Part shown: positions 35,966 through 48,445 of the stretch, one piece after another | How positions within the stretch are numbered: position 1 is the stretch's first letter | Layout: each line of letters begins with the position of its first letter | Source: Hypanus sabinus | Lineage: Eukaryota | Assembly: GCF_030144855.1 (NCBI RefSeq) | Contig: NC_082714.1 | Location: 93,186,001-93,250,000 of the forward strand | Direction of reading: 5' to 3' | DNA length: 64,000 bases | Notes under the pieces: model-generated | What the model was told of the DNA's origin: nothing | What the model saw: the letters and a program-made list of their open reading frames with translations, nothing else | The model's database searches: none | Position numbers and translations under genes: made by a program

Positions 35966-38900
35966 AGAACCATGGAACCATGGAACAATATAGCACAGAA
36001 ACAGGCCCTTCGGCCCTTTCTGCATGTGCCGAACCATTTTCTGCCTAGTCCCACTGACCTGCATCTGGACCATATCCCTCCATACCCCTCTCACCCATGT
36101 ATCTGTCCAAGATTATCTTAAATGTTAAAAGTAAACCTGCATTTACCACTTTATCTAGCAGGTCATTCCACACTTCCGCCACACTCCGTGTGAAGAAACA
36201 CCCCCCTCTATTGTTCCCTTTAAACTTTCCCCGCTTTACCTTTAACACATGTCCTCCGGTTTTTTTCTCCCCTAGCCTCAGTGGAAAAAAGCCTACTTGC
36301 ATTCACTCTATTGATACACATCATAATTTTATATATCTCTATCAAATCTTCCCTCATTCTTATAAGCTCCAGGGAATAAAGTCCTAACCTATTCAACCTT
36401 TCTCTGTAATTCAGGTTCTCAAGTTCCCGCAACATCCTTGTAAACATTCTCTGCAATCTTTCAACTTAATTAATATCCTTCCTATAATTAGGTGACCAAA
36501 ACTGCACACAATACTCCAGATTCGGTCTCAACAATGTCTTATACAACCTCACCATTTCATTCCAACTCTTATACTCAATACTTTGAATCATAAAGGCCAA
36601 TGTAACAAAAGCTTTCTGTACGACCCTATCTACCTGGGACACCACTTTTAGGGAATCATGTGTCTGTATTCTCAGATCCCTCCGTTCTACTGCACTCCTC
36701 AGTGTCCTAGCACTTACCTTGTATGTTCTACCTTGGTTTGTCCTTCCAAAGTGCAATACCACACACTTGTTTGCATTAAACCCTATCTGCCATTTTCAGC
36801 CCATTTTCCAGCTGATCCAAATCCCTCTACGTTTTGAAAACCTTTATCACTGTCCACTGCACCTCCAATCTTCGTATCCTCAGCAAATTTGCTGATCCAA
36901 TTTACCACATTATCATCCAGGTCATTGATATAGATGACAAATAACAATGGACCCAGCAGTGATCCATGCAGCACACCACTAGTCACAGGCCTCCATTCAG
37001 AGAAGCAATCCTCCACTACCACACTCTGGCTTCTCCCATTGAGCCAACGTCTAATCCAATTTACTACCTCACCATGTATACCTAGCGACTGAATCTTCCT
37101 GACTAAGCTCCCATGCGGGACCTTTGCTAAGGCCTTACTGAAGACCATGTAGACAACATCCACTGCCTTCCCTTCATCCACTTTCATCCACTTCATCCTC
37201 GAAAAACTCTAGTTGATTGGTTACACATGACCGACCACGCACAAAGCTATGTTGACTCTCCCTAATAAGTCCCTATCTATCCAAATACTTGGAGATCCTA
37301 TCTCTTAGTACTTCTTCCAATAATTCACCTACTACTGACGTCAAACGTACCGGCCTATGACTTCCCAGATTACTTTAGAGCCTTTTTGAGGCAGTACGGA
37401 ACAGCATGAGCTCCGGCACCTCACCCGTAGATACCAACATTTTAAATATATCTGCCAGGGCCCCTGCAATTTCGACACTAGTCTCTTTTAACGTCCAAGG
37501 GAATACCCTGTCCGGTCCTGGGGATTTATCTAATCTGATTTGCCTCAAGACTGCAAGCACCTCCTCCTCCTCAATCTGTCTAGGTTCCCTGACCTCACTA
37601 CCTGTTTGCCTTATTTCCATTTGCTCCATGCCAGTTTCGTTAGTAAATACAGACACAAAAAACATTTAAGATCTCCCCCGTTTCTTTTGATTCACACATA
37701 GCCGACAGCTCTGATCTTCAAGAGGACCAATTTTATCACTTGCTATCCATTTGCTCTTAATATACCTGTAGAAGCTTTTAGGATCATCCTTCACCTTGAC
37801 TGCCAAAGCAACCTCATGGCTTCTAGCCCTTTTGATTTCGTTCTTAAGTTTTTTTTTTTCACTTTTTATACTCCTCAAGCACCTTATTTGCTTCCTGTTG
37901 CCTATACATGTTATACACCTCTCTCTCCTACTTTATCAGATTCCCAATATCCACTGAGAACCAAGATTCCTTATTCTTATTCACTTTGCCTTTAATCCTG
38001 AGAGGAACATACAAACTCTACACTCTCAAAATTTCTCCTTTGAAGGCCTCCCTCTTACCAATCACATCCTTGCCAGAGAAAAACCTGTCCCAATCCACGC
38101 TTTTTAGATCCTTTCACATCTGTTCAAATTTGGCCGTTTTCCAGTTTAGAACCTTAACCCGAGGACCAGATCTACCTTTATCCATGATCAAGCTGAAACT
38201 GATGGTGTTATGATCGCTGGAACCAAAGTATTCCCCTACACATACTTCTGACACCTGTCCTAACTCGTTTCGTAATAGGGGGTCTATTGAATCCTTTCTA
38301 GTTGGCATCTCCATATATTGATATAGGAAACTTTCCTGAACACATTTTCAAACTCTAACCTGTCTAAACCTTTGACAGTATGGGAATCCTAATCAATATG
38401 TGGAAAATTAAAATCCCCTGCTATCACAATATGTTTCCTGTAGTTGTCTGCTATCTCTCTGCAGATTTGCTCCTTCAATTCTCGCTGACTATTGGGTGGT
38501 TTATAATACAACCCCATTAATGTGGTCATACCTTTCCTGTTTCTCAGCTCTACCCATATGGCTTCGGTAGACAAACCCTATAACCTGTCCTGCCTGAGCA
38601 CTGCTGTAACATTTTCCTTGACTAGCAATTCTAAAGCCAAGCCGCCACCCTTCATCCCTCTCCCTCTATCGCGTCTGAAACATCTAAACCCTGGAACCTT
38701 AAGCAGCTAGTCCTGCCCCTCCTGTAACCAAGTTTCACTAATGGCTATAATGTCATAATTCCATGTGTCAACCCACGCCCTCAGCTCGTCTGCCTTCTCC
38801 ACAATACACCTCGCATTGAAATAGACGCACCTCAGAAGATTATTACCACCACACACAAACCTTCTATTTGTGACTTTGCATGGTCTTTTAACATAATTTA

Positions 38901-38995
38901 TTTTCACCTCTGCTCCACTATCTGCTCTGTCACTATGGTTCCCATCCCCTTGCAAATTTAGTTTAACCCCCCTCCAAGAGCGCTAACAAACCTAA
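35966..38995 (-). mobile_element. CR1 LINE, about 3 kb covering most of ORF2
   Basis: Tail (AACCATGG)n at the left end; endonuclease LRCVYFNARCIVEKADELRAW...ISETWL; RT SGVLHGSLLGPLLFVIYINDL, FAEDTK. Confidence 0.92.
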
Positions 38996-39240
38996 ATCTA
39001 ATTCTATTTCTTTTTTTTTGGCTCTGTCCTCCATGCTCGAATTTAATCCTTGGGATGTAGGTCCCAATGGGATTTAGGAATTTTAATACTCTGGTGAACG
39101 GTAAAGGCAGTTTACACAGAGTCCGGTTTATATATATATATATAGTAGGTATCCAACAAGTGTACCGTGAGATATATATTACAAATAACTTGGTACAGCT
39201 TTAACTAGATAACGTCCTCATGAATTTCTTACTTTCGTAG

Positions 39241-39408
39241 TTGTTATTCCTCAGGAGTTCCGAATTAAACCCTTTTCTTCTGTTTCCTGGGTATTTCCTT
39301 ATGACACAGGCATTCTCTCCCCTTGCATTTGTTCTCACCGTACTTTTGTTGGATACCTACTTCACAAAGTGTACGAGGCCTCCTTATCATCCGCATCAAA
39401 GCACAATG
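39241..39408 (+). other. Candidate exon within unit C (half-C1-like or TM-like; ambiguous)
   Basis: TTACTTTCGTAG| ... AATG|GTATCT, 168 nt, open in phase 1 to 1 (FSSVSWVF...SPCICSH...KHNG). A different frame is hydrophobic. Confidence 0.3.
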
Positions 39409-40387
39409 GTATCTAATGTTTCGCCAAAAAAGAGGAAGGAAAACGATAGGCCAAGGGGCTGATGAGCGCTGACAATACAGACGAAACGTTGATTTTTGCA
39501 AGGAAAAAAATAAATGCTGCTAATCGGGTATTCTTCTGATTTGCGACAGATGAATAGTACAGCACAGTGCAGACTCTGCGACCCACGATGATGTGCCGTC
39601 GATTTAATCTATTCGCACCTTACCCGCAAAAAGAGCCTTCCACTTTTCAATCATCCATGAACCTTTTTAAGAGTGTCTTAACGGTCCCTGATGTATCTGC
39701 CTCGACACCAACCCTAGCAGCGCGTTCTATACCCCCCTCACTCTGTGTAAAAAGTCTACCTCTGACATCTCTTTAAACTTTTCCCCAATTACCTTAATAG
39801 TTTACCCCTTGATAGTTTGCAACAGTTTTATTCCAGCGTAAGTTGGAATCTTTCCAATTAATATGTGTCTAGTATCTGACTGTGGCCAGAGCTGTGGGTA
39901 AAGAAGAGCACCATAACCTTCCCCTGTGCCTGACACTGGCATGGTAGTCCTTTGTACTCAACCGCATCAATCTGCCGATATATAGTATTCATATAGTTAT
40001 CACCACCCGATGCTACCTCACGAGTTTGCTCTCTTTCTGCACCAGGAACTGTTAATCTATAAAATAAATTTATTTTAAAAATATGGTTATTAACATAATT
40101 TATAGAATTTAATGTTGCACGACAAATGTTAGCGATTTTAAACTTGATTCGGATTCTAATTATCCACCTATCCGTCCTTTTCTCCCCCTCCATCTGTTTT
40201 GATACGTAGGCGGAGATTCAAATCTTTCATAAATATTTATAAATCAGTTTTTGGATCTGGGGGCACTATGATCTGCTCCCAAATTCTTACAGTGCACAAT
40301 CTGTTTGTGAATATATCTTTAGAGTCAGAAATTGTGAGATAGAGATGTTGGAACATTTAAAAAAAAACGATCGCTTCTTTTCTCTTG

Positions 40388-40507
40388 GAAATGTCCCATC
40401 CACGCATGTTTGCCTTTTACTGTATCATGTCGGCTTTCCTGTGGCGATTATCTTTCTGCTCACGGATATATTCGCCGTGGGCCGAAGCTACAGGAACCGG
40501 CAGTCAG
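40388..40507 (+). pseudogene. Unit C transmembrane exon (acceptor reads TG, weak donor)
   Basis: GNVPSTHVCLLLYHVGFPVAIIFLLTDIFAVGRSYRNRQS+G|GTTCCA; 120 nt like the unit A TM exon; long pyrimidine tract ending TG. Confidence 0.6.
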
Positions 40508-40609
40508 GTTCCAAATTCTTTCTAACTCCCCAGGTTTGTTTTTTATTGCCGTTGTTGTCTGGTTGTGGGTTTAACGCCATTGTTTACATTAAATCTCTTT
40601 CCATCTCAG

Positions 40610-40641
40610 GAAACAAGAGCGGCCGGATGAACTTTGCAGAA
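40610..40641 (+). pseudogene. Unit C first cytoplasmic exon
   Basis: CTCTTTCCATCTCAG|, GNKSGRMNFAE|GTGAGA; phase 1 to 0, after a 102-nt intron. Confidence 0.55.
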
Positions 40642-41440
40642 GTGAGACCACACGCGGCAGGAAATGAAGTGGGAATAAATCCTTTTTGGTTCATTTAGAG
40701 AATATAGAACAGCTCAGTACAGCAGAGAAACAGACCCTCCCCGCCATAATGTTTTGCCGAGCTAATGGAAATCTACTAAACTAATTCATTCAGCCTGTAC
40801 AAGTGTACATTCCTCTTCCGTGTGACTGTCTAAGTTTATTATAAAACATTCCAAAGGCGTGCACAGATCTTTCGTTTGCACCTTGACATTCTGGGACAGC
40901 TACTGATAAGAGTTATGGAGCACAGAAACAGGCTTTTCGGCCCAGCTCGTCCCTGCTGACTATAAGGCATTATTGGGCTAGTCTTCTCTGCCTACATTTT
41001 CCTAATGTCCTTCTAAACGTTTCCTATCCACATATCTATCCAAATGATTACTGAATGTTTTAACTGTACCGGCCTCTATCCTTTCTCTGGCAAGTCGTTT
41101 TATGCACAGTACGACCGAAATCTGTTGAATAAATGACCCTGAATTACTCCTCAAGTCTTTACTCTTTCACTTTGACCCCGTGGTCTCGTTTTACTTTCCC
41201 TTACCTTGGGAAAAAACATGACATTCCGTTTAATCACTCAGGATTTTATAAACATCCGTAGAGTGGCCCCTGAGCCTCCATTGCTTCAGCGAAAGCATTT
41301 CCAGTATTCTCGGTCTCTTCTTTTAACTCAAGCCCGTCAGTCCCCAGTTATATTCTGATGAATCTTTTATGGACTCCCTCCACTGAAGAAGCAGGTTATT
41401 TCAATTGTTAAGTACTCTTGACACATGACAGTGGTACCCT

Positions 41441-42276
41441 TGTCACGTGACTGGGGTTGAAGCTATACTGGACTTGAGGTAATGTTCTTGTGATGGTGGA
41501 GTGATGTCATTTTCCCGCCAGTAGAGATCATGTGACAGGTTTTTTTTACCGGTTATAAAAGGAAGACCCCACCCTGTGAGGAGGGGCAGCTCGTGGCTGG
41601 ATTTGCCATGTTGACTTCATGCCACTGCCTGATTTACTGTGATGACGCAGTTTAGTTGAAGGATGAAGTTTTTATCTAATGCCTAAAGTTTAAAAGGTCA
41701 TTGCCAGCAGTTTATTTACAATACTGCTAGTTGAGAATCAGTGGAGAGTGAAGATCAGAGTTCGGGAGTTAAAGATCGAGGAGAATCGATTTTCGACGGT
41801 GAAACGGATTCGACCTTGTTTAATCCTTATTCGGAAGGAATTCGTTGACTGTTCTCGTGTTAAACTCTGTGGGATAGCAGAAGATTGAGGAAAGTGTGAT
41901 AAAGGAAAGGTCAGTGCCTTTTCAGTCGTTTCGTTTCGTAAATTCTTCGTGGGAAATGTTCGACGTCGGGGACTGAAGCAAGACGACGTGAAAGAGAATT
42001 TAAATCGTCTTAAAAGTCTCTCCTTTAAATGGACTGTGAGCATTTTTAACTTTTGGCAATACTACTTTAAATAACTGTTTTTGCAACATCGCTTTAAGAA
42101 CTGTTTGAGCTGCATCGCTTTAAGAACTGTTCAGGTTGCCGCACAGCAGCTGATTTCCGGTTATGTTAGTGTTTGTTTACTTTTGGAGGGTTTGTTTTCA
42201 GTCTTTAATAAACGTGTTGTTTGTTATATATACCTTTGCCTAACTCATATATTTATTGTTGCCTGAATACGTAACA
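41441..42276 (+). mobile_element. Solo LTR (836 bp)
   Basis: TGTCAC...GTAACA termini, TATAAAA at 41554-41560, AATAAA at 42207-42212, internal 19-bp direct repeat CATCGCTTTAAGAACTGTT; flanks do not form a TSD. Confidence 0.7.
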
Positions 42277-42279
42277 CAA

Positions 42280-43000
42280 TGGTATGGCAACCAAAAATTA
42301 ACCAATATTCCAGATGCGGAACCCTCAATACCACGTTCTCCATGCCCCGTCTGCTAAAGGTAAGCACGTCTTTATTCAGTATCTGCAGGTATCTCACTGT
42401 CGGGCTGTCAGACTTTAATAACTTCTATAGATGCAAGCTGGACAATATTCTGATTAGTTCCATCACTGCATCGCCTAAAAACACCAATACTCTTGAACAG
42501 AAAAGCCTTGGAGAATTAGTGAGCACATCCCAGTACAATACTGGAAATGTCCTCTCCACCAGTGAACACAGGAGGGCGGTCCAGGAAAAAAGCCTCCATC
42601 ATGAACAACCCGACCACCCAAGTCATGCTTTCTTCTGGCTTTGGAATGAGGTATAGAAATCTCGGGTCCCACACCTCCAGGTCCATGAACAACTCTTTCC
42701 CCTCAACCATTAGGGTCATGAATCCATGTTCTAAGCTGATTTCCCCACCTATGGACTCAACGTCAAGGACTCGACAACTCAATTTTTCAAAATTATTGAC
42801 ATACCTGTTTACTGTTCTTTTTGTGTGGGGCAATAGGTTTTCTTTTGCACATTGGTTGTTTGCCCGTCTTTGTCTGTGTGCAGTTTTAGATTGATTCTAT
42901 TGTGTTGCCATTACGTTCTGTGAATTCCCGGATGAAGGTCAACCTCAGGGCGGTATATAGTAACATGTCTGTGCTTTGTTAATAAATTTACTTTGAACTT
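42280..43000 (+). mobile_element. Rex1/Babar-like LINE 3' fragment
   Basis: NFYRCKLDNILISSITA resembles the Rex1 motif FYRCTIESILTxCIT; AATAAA and (CTTTGAA)n-like tail near 42980-43000. Confidence 0.65.
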
Positions 43001-46000
43001 TGTATTTAGAACTGTGTTGACACATACATAGAATTATGGCTTGCGCTCCAATGTCTATTTTACAACACCAGACACCAACCTCAACCCCGGGCCGAGTTAC
43101 ATACTATGGAAATTCTGCACTGTCTTTTTGTTAGAACAAAGAAGCGGGTACGACAAATCATTGTGGACACAACTCACCCACTCACACCACTCAAAACTCA
43201 CTGCCTTTGAAAATGCTCGTCCTAGAAAGCGCTGTATAGTTATTAAAACAAAAAACCTCGCACTATCTTAAAAGTCTCCTCCACCCAGGTATTTAATCCA
43301 GTATACCATTCTAGTTAGCCCCGCCCCATCAGTCTATTACCGCCATCAAGCATTGCAGACCTTTAAGCAACTATTTTTAATGCCGTTTATATCGTATTTT
43401 GTGCTGAAATATTGGGAGATCCACATCGCTGTGTGCCTCCGAAATCTTCCGTGTTTCATCTTGTACCTCACTTCCTTCAATGTTACATTTTCTACCTGAA
43501 TGGCCAATTTCAGATTTACCCGTGCTGCACTGCATTTGATACTTATTTGTCCATTTGTTTAAACTACCATTAACAGTCTTGGCCTCTTTATGACCCTTTC
43601 AGAACTTAGTTTTCTAACTGTCTTCGAGTCCTGAACAAGTTGTGAAGCACTTGCCCACGTCCTTTACATTAATCGTAGCAAGATGATGTTTCAACACTAG
43701 TCGCAATGGTACCATATTTGCGACGTTTATTTTTTTGAACTACAACCAAAGTGTGTCTGCTTCCCAACATCCACAACTTAATTCACCACTCCTCTTAAAA
43801 AGACCATGTCCATCATCCCCTGTGAACGCAACAGTTCTTTTAGAACAGTGAAGAGGATGAATTTCTTTAGCCAGAGTTTGATAGGTTCTTGATTAGGAAG
43901 GGTTAAAAAGCTTACGAGGAGGAGGTTGCAGAATATAGTTGAAAGGGATAATAAATTAGCCATGATGGAATGGCGAAGAAGACTTAATGAGCCGAATGAA
44001 CTAATTATGCTCCTATGTCTTTTGATCTTATGGTATTATCCTTGCTTCTTCACCTCACTCACCAATCCCGATTCGGAAGATCTCTTGCGGTATCTTTTCA
44101 CCACCTAAGTGAATCAGAATTTAATAATACTGCGGAAGATTGTTGATTGGAAGAACGGTCTCCTTTTGTCCCGTGACATTCTTGCGATGCTCTTCGTTTT
44201 CTTTCGGAATCTACCTACTCTAATTGATTTTTAACGTGGGCTCTATAATGAGAGGGCAGGTGGAAGAGAGGATTTTGCTATGCGGTTTTGACATGTAGCA
44301 GGTCTGTACTGGTAAGGGCTGTCAGTGACAGTTCCAGTCATCAGTCGATGGTCTTCTGAGGGCTCCCGGAAGTCATGCCCAAGAAGTTGGCAATCCGTTA
44401 CAGATGAGATTTATGACTTTCCTGTTGTCTGGGAAAAAACGTCAACGAAACAACTGTAAATAATTTCAAAATACCGAGTTGAAAAACTTCCAGCTCTTCT
44501 CAATATACCAGCTTCCGGGAGCACCAACTCGTGACACTGAAACAATTTCTCCTAGGCTTTTACAAAACACATTCCAAGAGGAATATTCAATCCTATTTTA
44601 CAGAAGCCAATTATTATGTTTTTCTGTTTTTTTTTAATCTTGATTTTTAAATTGTGGTTAAGAGAGTTTTGGTTTTCTTAAACTGACACATTTAATTTCA
44701 CTTTCTACCTATGTCGGAAAATTTAGTTTGATCTAATTCAAGATTGTATCGCTTACAATGTGCAATAAAACAGATTGGACAAGGAGAATGCTGTGTATTT
44801 TCGATTCCATGCTTTGCGGTCAAGAAATGCAGAAGAGGCTTGACCCAAAGCAGAGCCGGGGAGATGATTCATTGGTGAAAAATAACTTTAATAAAAGACC
44901 GCAAAATAACAAGCTACGAAGAACAACAACAGGCTGCAGGTTAAGAGTCTCGAAAGAGCAGCAGGTGAATCCAAATAGCTGAGTGGAAACTGGGAGGTAC
45001 TTGCATGTGAAAGTTGAAAGGTGTCAGTGTCCACGGTGTCATGGTTTACGCTGTTTATCACAAATTAAACTTTTGGCATAAAGTTCCCGGAATTACGAAA
45101 TGGACTGTATAAGACCGCATAGCTTCAATCGGCAAGGCCACTGCAATTGACATAACTTCTTCTCATTTCTATCATCAAAGAGAAGTTACAGGTGCCTGAA
45201 GACACGCACATCGTTTCAGGAACAGACTCCTCCCCTCTACCATCAGATTTCTGAATGTACAATGAACCCATTACACTACCTCAGATTTTTTCCTGTTTTT
45301 ATACCAATTATTTTATTTAAGTTTTATATCTACTTCTTACTACAATGTTTAGTTTTTTATTATTATGTATTGCAGTTTTCTGCTGCCTCATATCAACGAA
45401 TTTCACGAAATATATAAATTATATTAAACCTGATTCAGATTCTGAATCTCAAGACTGGGCCAATTCAGGTTGCCGAGTGACCTCCAATGTGCGGAGGTCA
45501 GAGGACCCATCAAGGAGGAGAGCAGAAGCGGGGCTGGGGTGGCGGGAGGTAAGGGGAGAATGGGCGGGGGAACGGAGTGTCTGAAACCACCACTATTAAT
45601 ACACTTACGGCATTGGTTTGGTCTCCAATTTTGGTGGGGACTTTCTGCTTAAGAAGGCCCCGAGTCAAATACTTAGATAATGAAACATTCGGGAAGAATC
45701 AGACGAAACCCAGATTTGATTGCCGTCAGCAGATACACTGCTTTAGACCTAAAAAAATTGCCACTCTTATGATAAGTGTGGGATGATTTAGCTCAAGTTC
45801 AACGTACTGTTATTCAACCGTACACATGTATGCAGCCAAATGAAAAGTCGCTCCTTCAGGAGAAAGCGTACAACACAGGACATATACCTCCCACACAACA
45901 CAGAAAATAATATTACCACAAATAAAAATAAGTTCCAGTAGACTGACATTTAGCCAATCTTCACTTCATCAGCCCAAATGCTTTGCGATGTAGTTTCCCT

Positions 46001-46329
46001 TCAGCCGAGGCTCAGTGAGGTTCTGATGAGACAATGGCATCATGTATGAAATTGAAGATGGAGTTATTGGAAATTCATATCGTTTGTGCCGTTTTCTCCA
46101 GGTGGAACTAAGTTATAAGAACGGCGTGAGGAGGCCATTCGGACTGATTCGTCTACCGACAGTTAATCAAAAAAGTTCAGCATCAGATTTTAACGAAACA
46201 ATTTTTCGATGTTCTTTGCCGTTTCCTCGAGAGAATCTCACATTTCTTCTGGACTCTGATACAATGAATTGCATAACGCCACTCCTAAACTTTGGCCCAG
46301 CATCCTCCTGTTCGAGGCTCCCTGACTAC

Positions 46330-47520
46330 TGCAACTAACATCCTAAAAACTAATCATATCACTCTTTATTCTTCTAAGACCATGGCTGGTCCTTCCACCA
46401 CCTGCCCACCCCTTAAATCTACGCCCTGACCTACTCCCCGAAACCTTTGATGCCACGACCGAACAATAACCTATTAATCTCCGCCTTAAATACACCCAAC
46501 GACACGGCCATAGCCGTCCCTGATAACAAATTCCGCAAATTCAGCACCCCTGGCTAAAGAAATTCTTCGCATCTCTTTTAAATGGATGGTCTTCTATCCT
46601 GAAGCAGTGCCCTCTTGTCCTAGGCTCCCTCATCAAGGCAAACATCCTTCCCATATCTACCATGTCTAGGCCTTTCGACAATCAAAAGGCTTTAATGAGA
46701 TCCCCTCCGCTCATCCTTCTAAATCCAGCGAGTACGGGTCCAGTGCCATCAAACGTTCCTCATACGAGAATCCTGTCATTCACAGAATCATCCTTGTGAG
46801 CCTCCTCTGAACCCTCTCCATTGCCATCACATCCTTTCTTAGATAAGGAGCCCAAAACTGTTCACAATACTCAAGATGAGACCTCACCTGTGCCTTTTCA
46901 GGCCTCAGCATTACATCCCTGCAACGTTATTTCCAAAAATTAAAAGGGAACCGGAAGATCAGACTGAAACTTTAAACCCAGTTTGAGGAATGTTTCTTGT
47001 AAAGCATCTCATGTAGTCTTTGGTCAGATTACACTTGGTGTATTGTGAGCAGTTTCGAGACCCTTATCTAGGAAATAATGTGCTGACATTGGAGAGGATC
47101 CAGAGAAACGTTGACGAGAATGATTCCCGGAATGAAATGATGAACGTATGAGGATCGTTTGATGGCTGGTGTTTAGGAGAACGAAGTGGGGTGGGGGATC
47201 TCAGTGAAATAGACTGAACAATGAAATGTCCCGATAGAGCTGACGTGCAGATGTTGTTTCCTATAGTGGGAAAGTCTAAAACCAAAGGCACAGCGTCGGA
47301 ATAGAGGGACGTCCCATTAGAATAGAGGTGATTAGTACTACTTTATCGAGAGGGTGGTGAATCTGTGGAATTCATTGCCACGGACGATTGAGGAGGCATA
47401 TTTAACGGTGTTTTACTGGATTTTGATTAGTGAGGATGTCAAGGTCTACGGGGAGAATGTAGAATAATGGCGCTGTGAGAGGGATAATAAATTGGTCATA
47501 ATGGAATAGTGGAGCAATCT
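46330..47520. mobile_element. Two CR1 3' fragments in opposite orientations
   Basis: Minus-strand copy about 46330-46920 and plus-strand copy about 46930-47520, both with CR1 ORF2 C-terminal sequence. Confidence 0.7.
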
Positions 47521-48395
47521 CGCTGGACCTGTGCCATGTGGTCTTATGGTTTTTGGTTTAAAACATCGCTGTTTTTCCTCTCAGGCCAAAGATCTCTTGA
47601 TCAAATGCGGGCGTTTAACTTCTCTTTATGCCTCGGTTGTTGTCCAAATTCATTGTCAAGATTTATTGTTACTTCGATCCGATGCAGCATAAAAACTCAA
47701 TGGAAACACAAAGAAGTACAATAAATATAAAGTCAATCCTACAAGACGCAATGTACAATAACTGAGCTGCAGCCTAAGTTGAAACCAGAGGCGGAATAAC
47801 CCCGAAAGTGACCATTGATTAACGCAATACAGTTTCTTTTAAAAATTATCTTAGAATATATTTAATTTATACAAAGGAACATTCATCAGAGACTTACGCA
47901 AACTTTGCAAAAAGACACTGTTTTAAACTTAAGGTTAGGAATATGTCAGAATCACGACATCAATGTTAGTCCAACATTCTATTCACGTATCAAATGAGCC
48001 CGCACAAATCTTGTCAATCCAGCAGCGTCAGATGATTCGTTCAGTAGGTTTTGGTGTGACCCCAGGTTCGGTCCATTTCTTCGTAACCCTTCAATCAGAT
48101 TCTCATCTGCGGGGTGAGGATGATGCAGCGAACTCGAGAGAGGCTTGGGACTGGAATATATAGCAAACAATGGCAATCAAAGATATCGCACAGCATGATC
48201 TACCATTTTTCAACAGTCACGACTGTTTCAAACTTCCTCCGCGAGATAAACCCTTAAACAACTGCAGCAGATTAGTAAAGTACGGCTTTCTCTTCATAAT
48301 TTCCTGGTGACTCCGTTTAAACCCATCATTATTTTTTCCCCAATCCGAAAAATCAAATTGGTGAATCTTACAACGGGTTACATCACCATACGTAC

Positions 48396-48445
48396 CTGAG
48401 CCACAGTGTCGTGTACTTGGTGCGTCGCCAATTGACGATGGGTTC
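48396..48445 (-). CDS. Candidate second cytoplasmic exon of gene B
   Basis: TTTTTTCATTGCACAG| 50 nt |GTACGT; reads GTHRQLATHQVHDTVAQ if entered in phase 1. Confidence 0.4.

Noticed and set aside
44400-44640. Tyrosine motifs DEIYDFP and EEYSIL as a possible unit C last exon
   Set aside because: No consistent phase or splice support; such short motifs occur by chance in AT-rich DNA.
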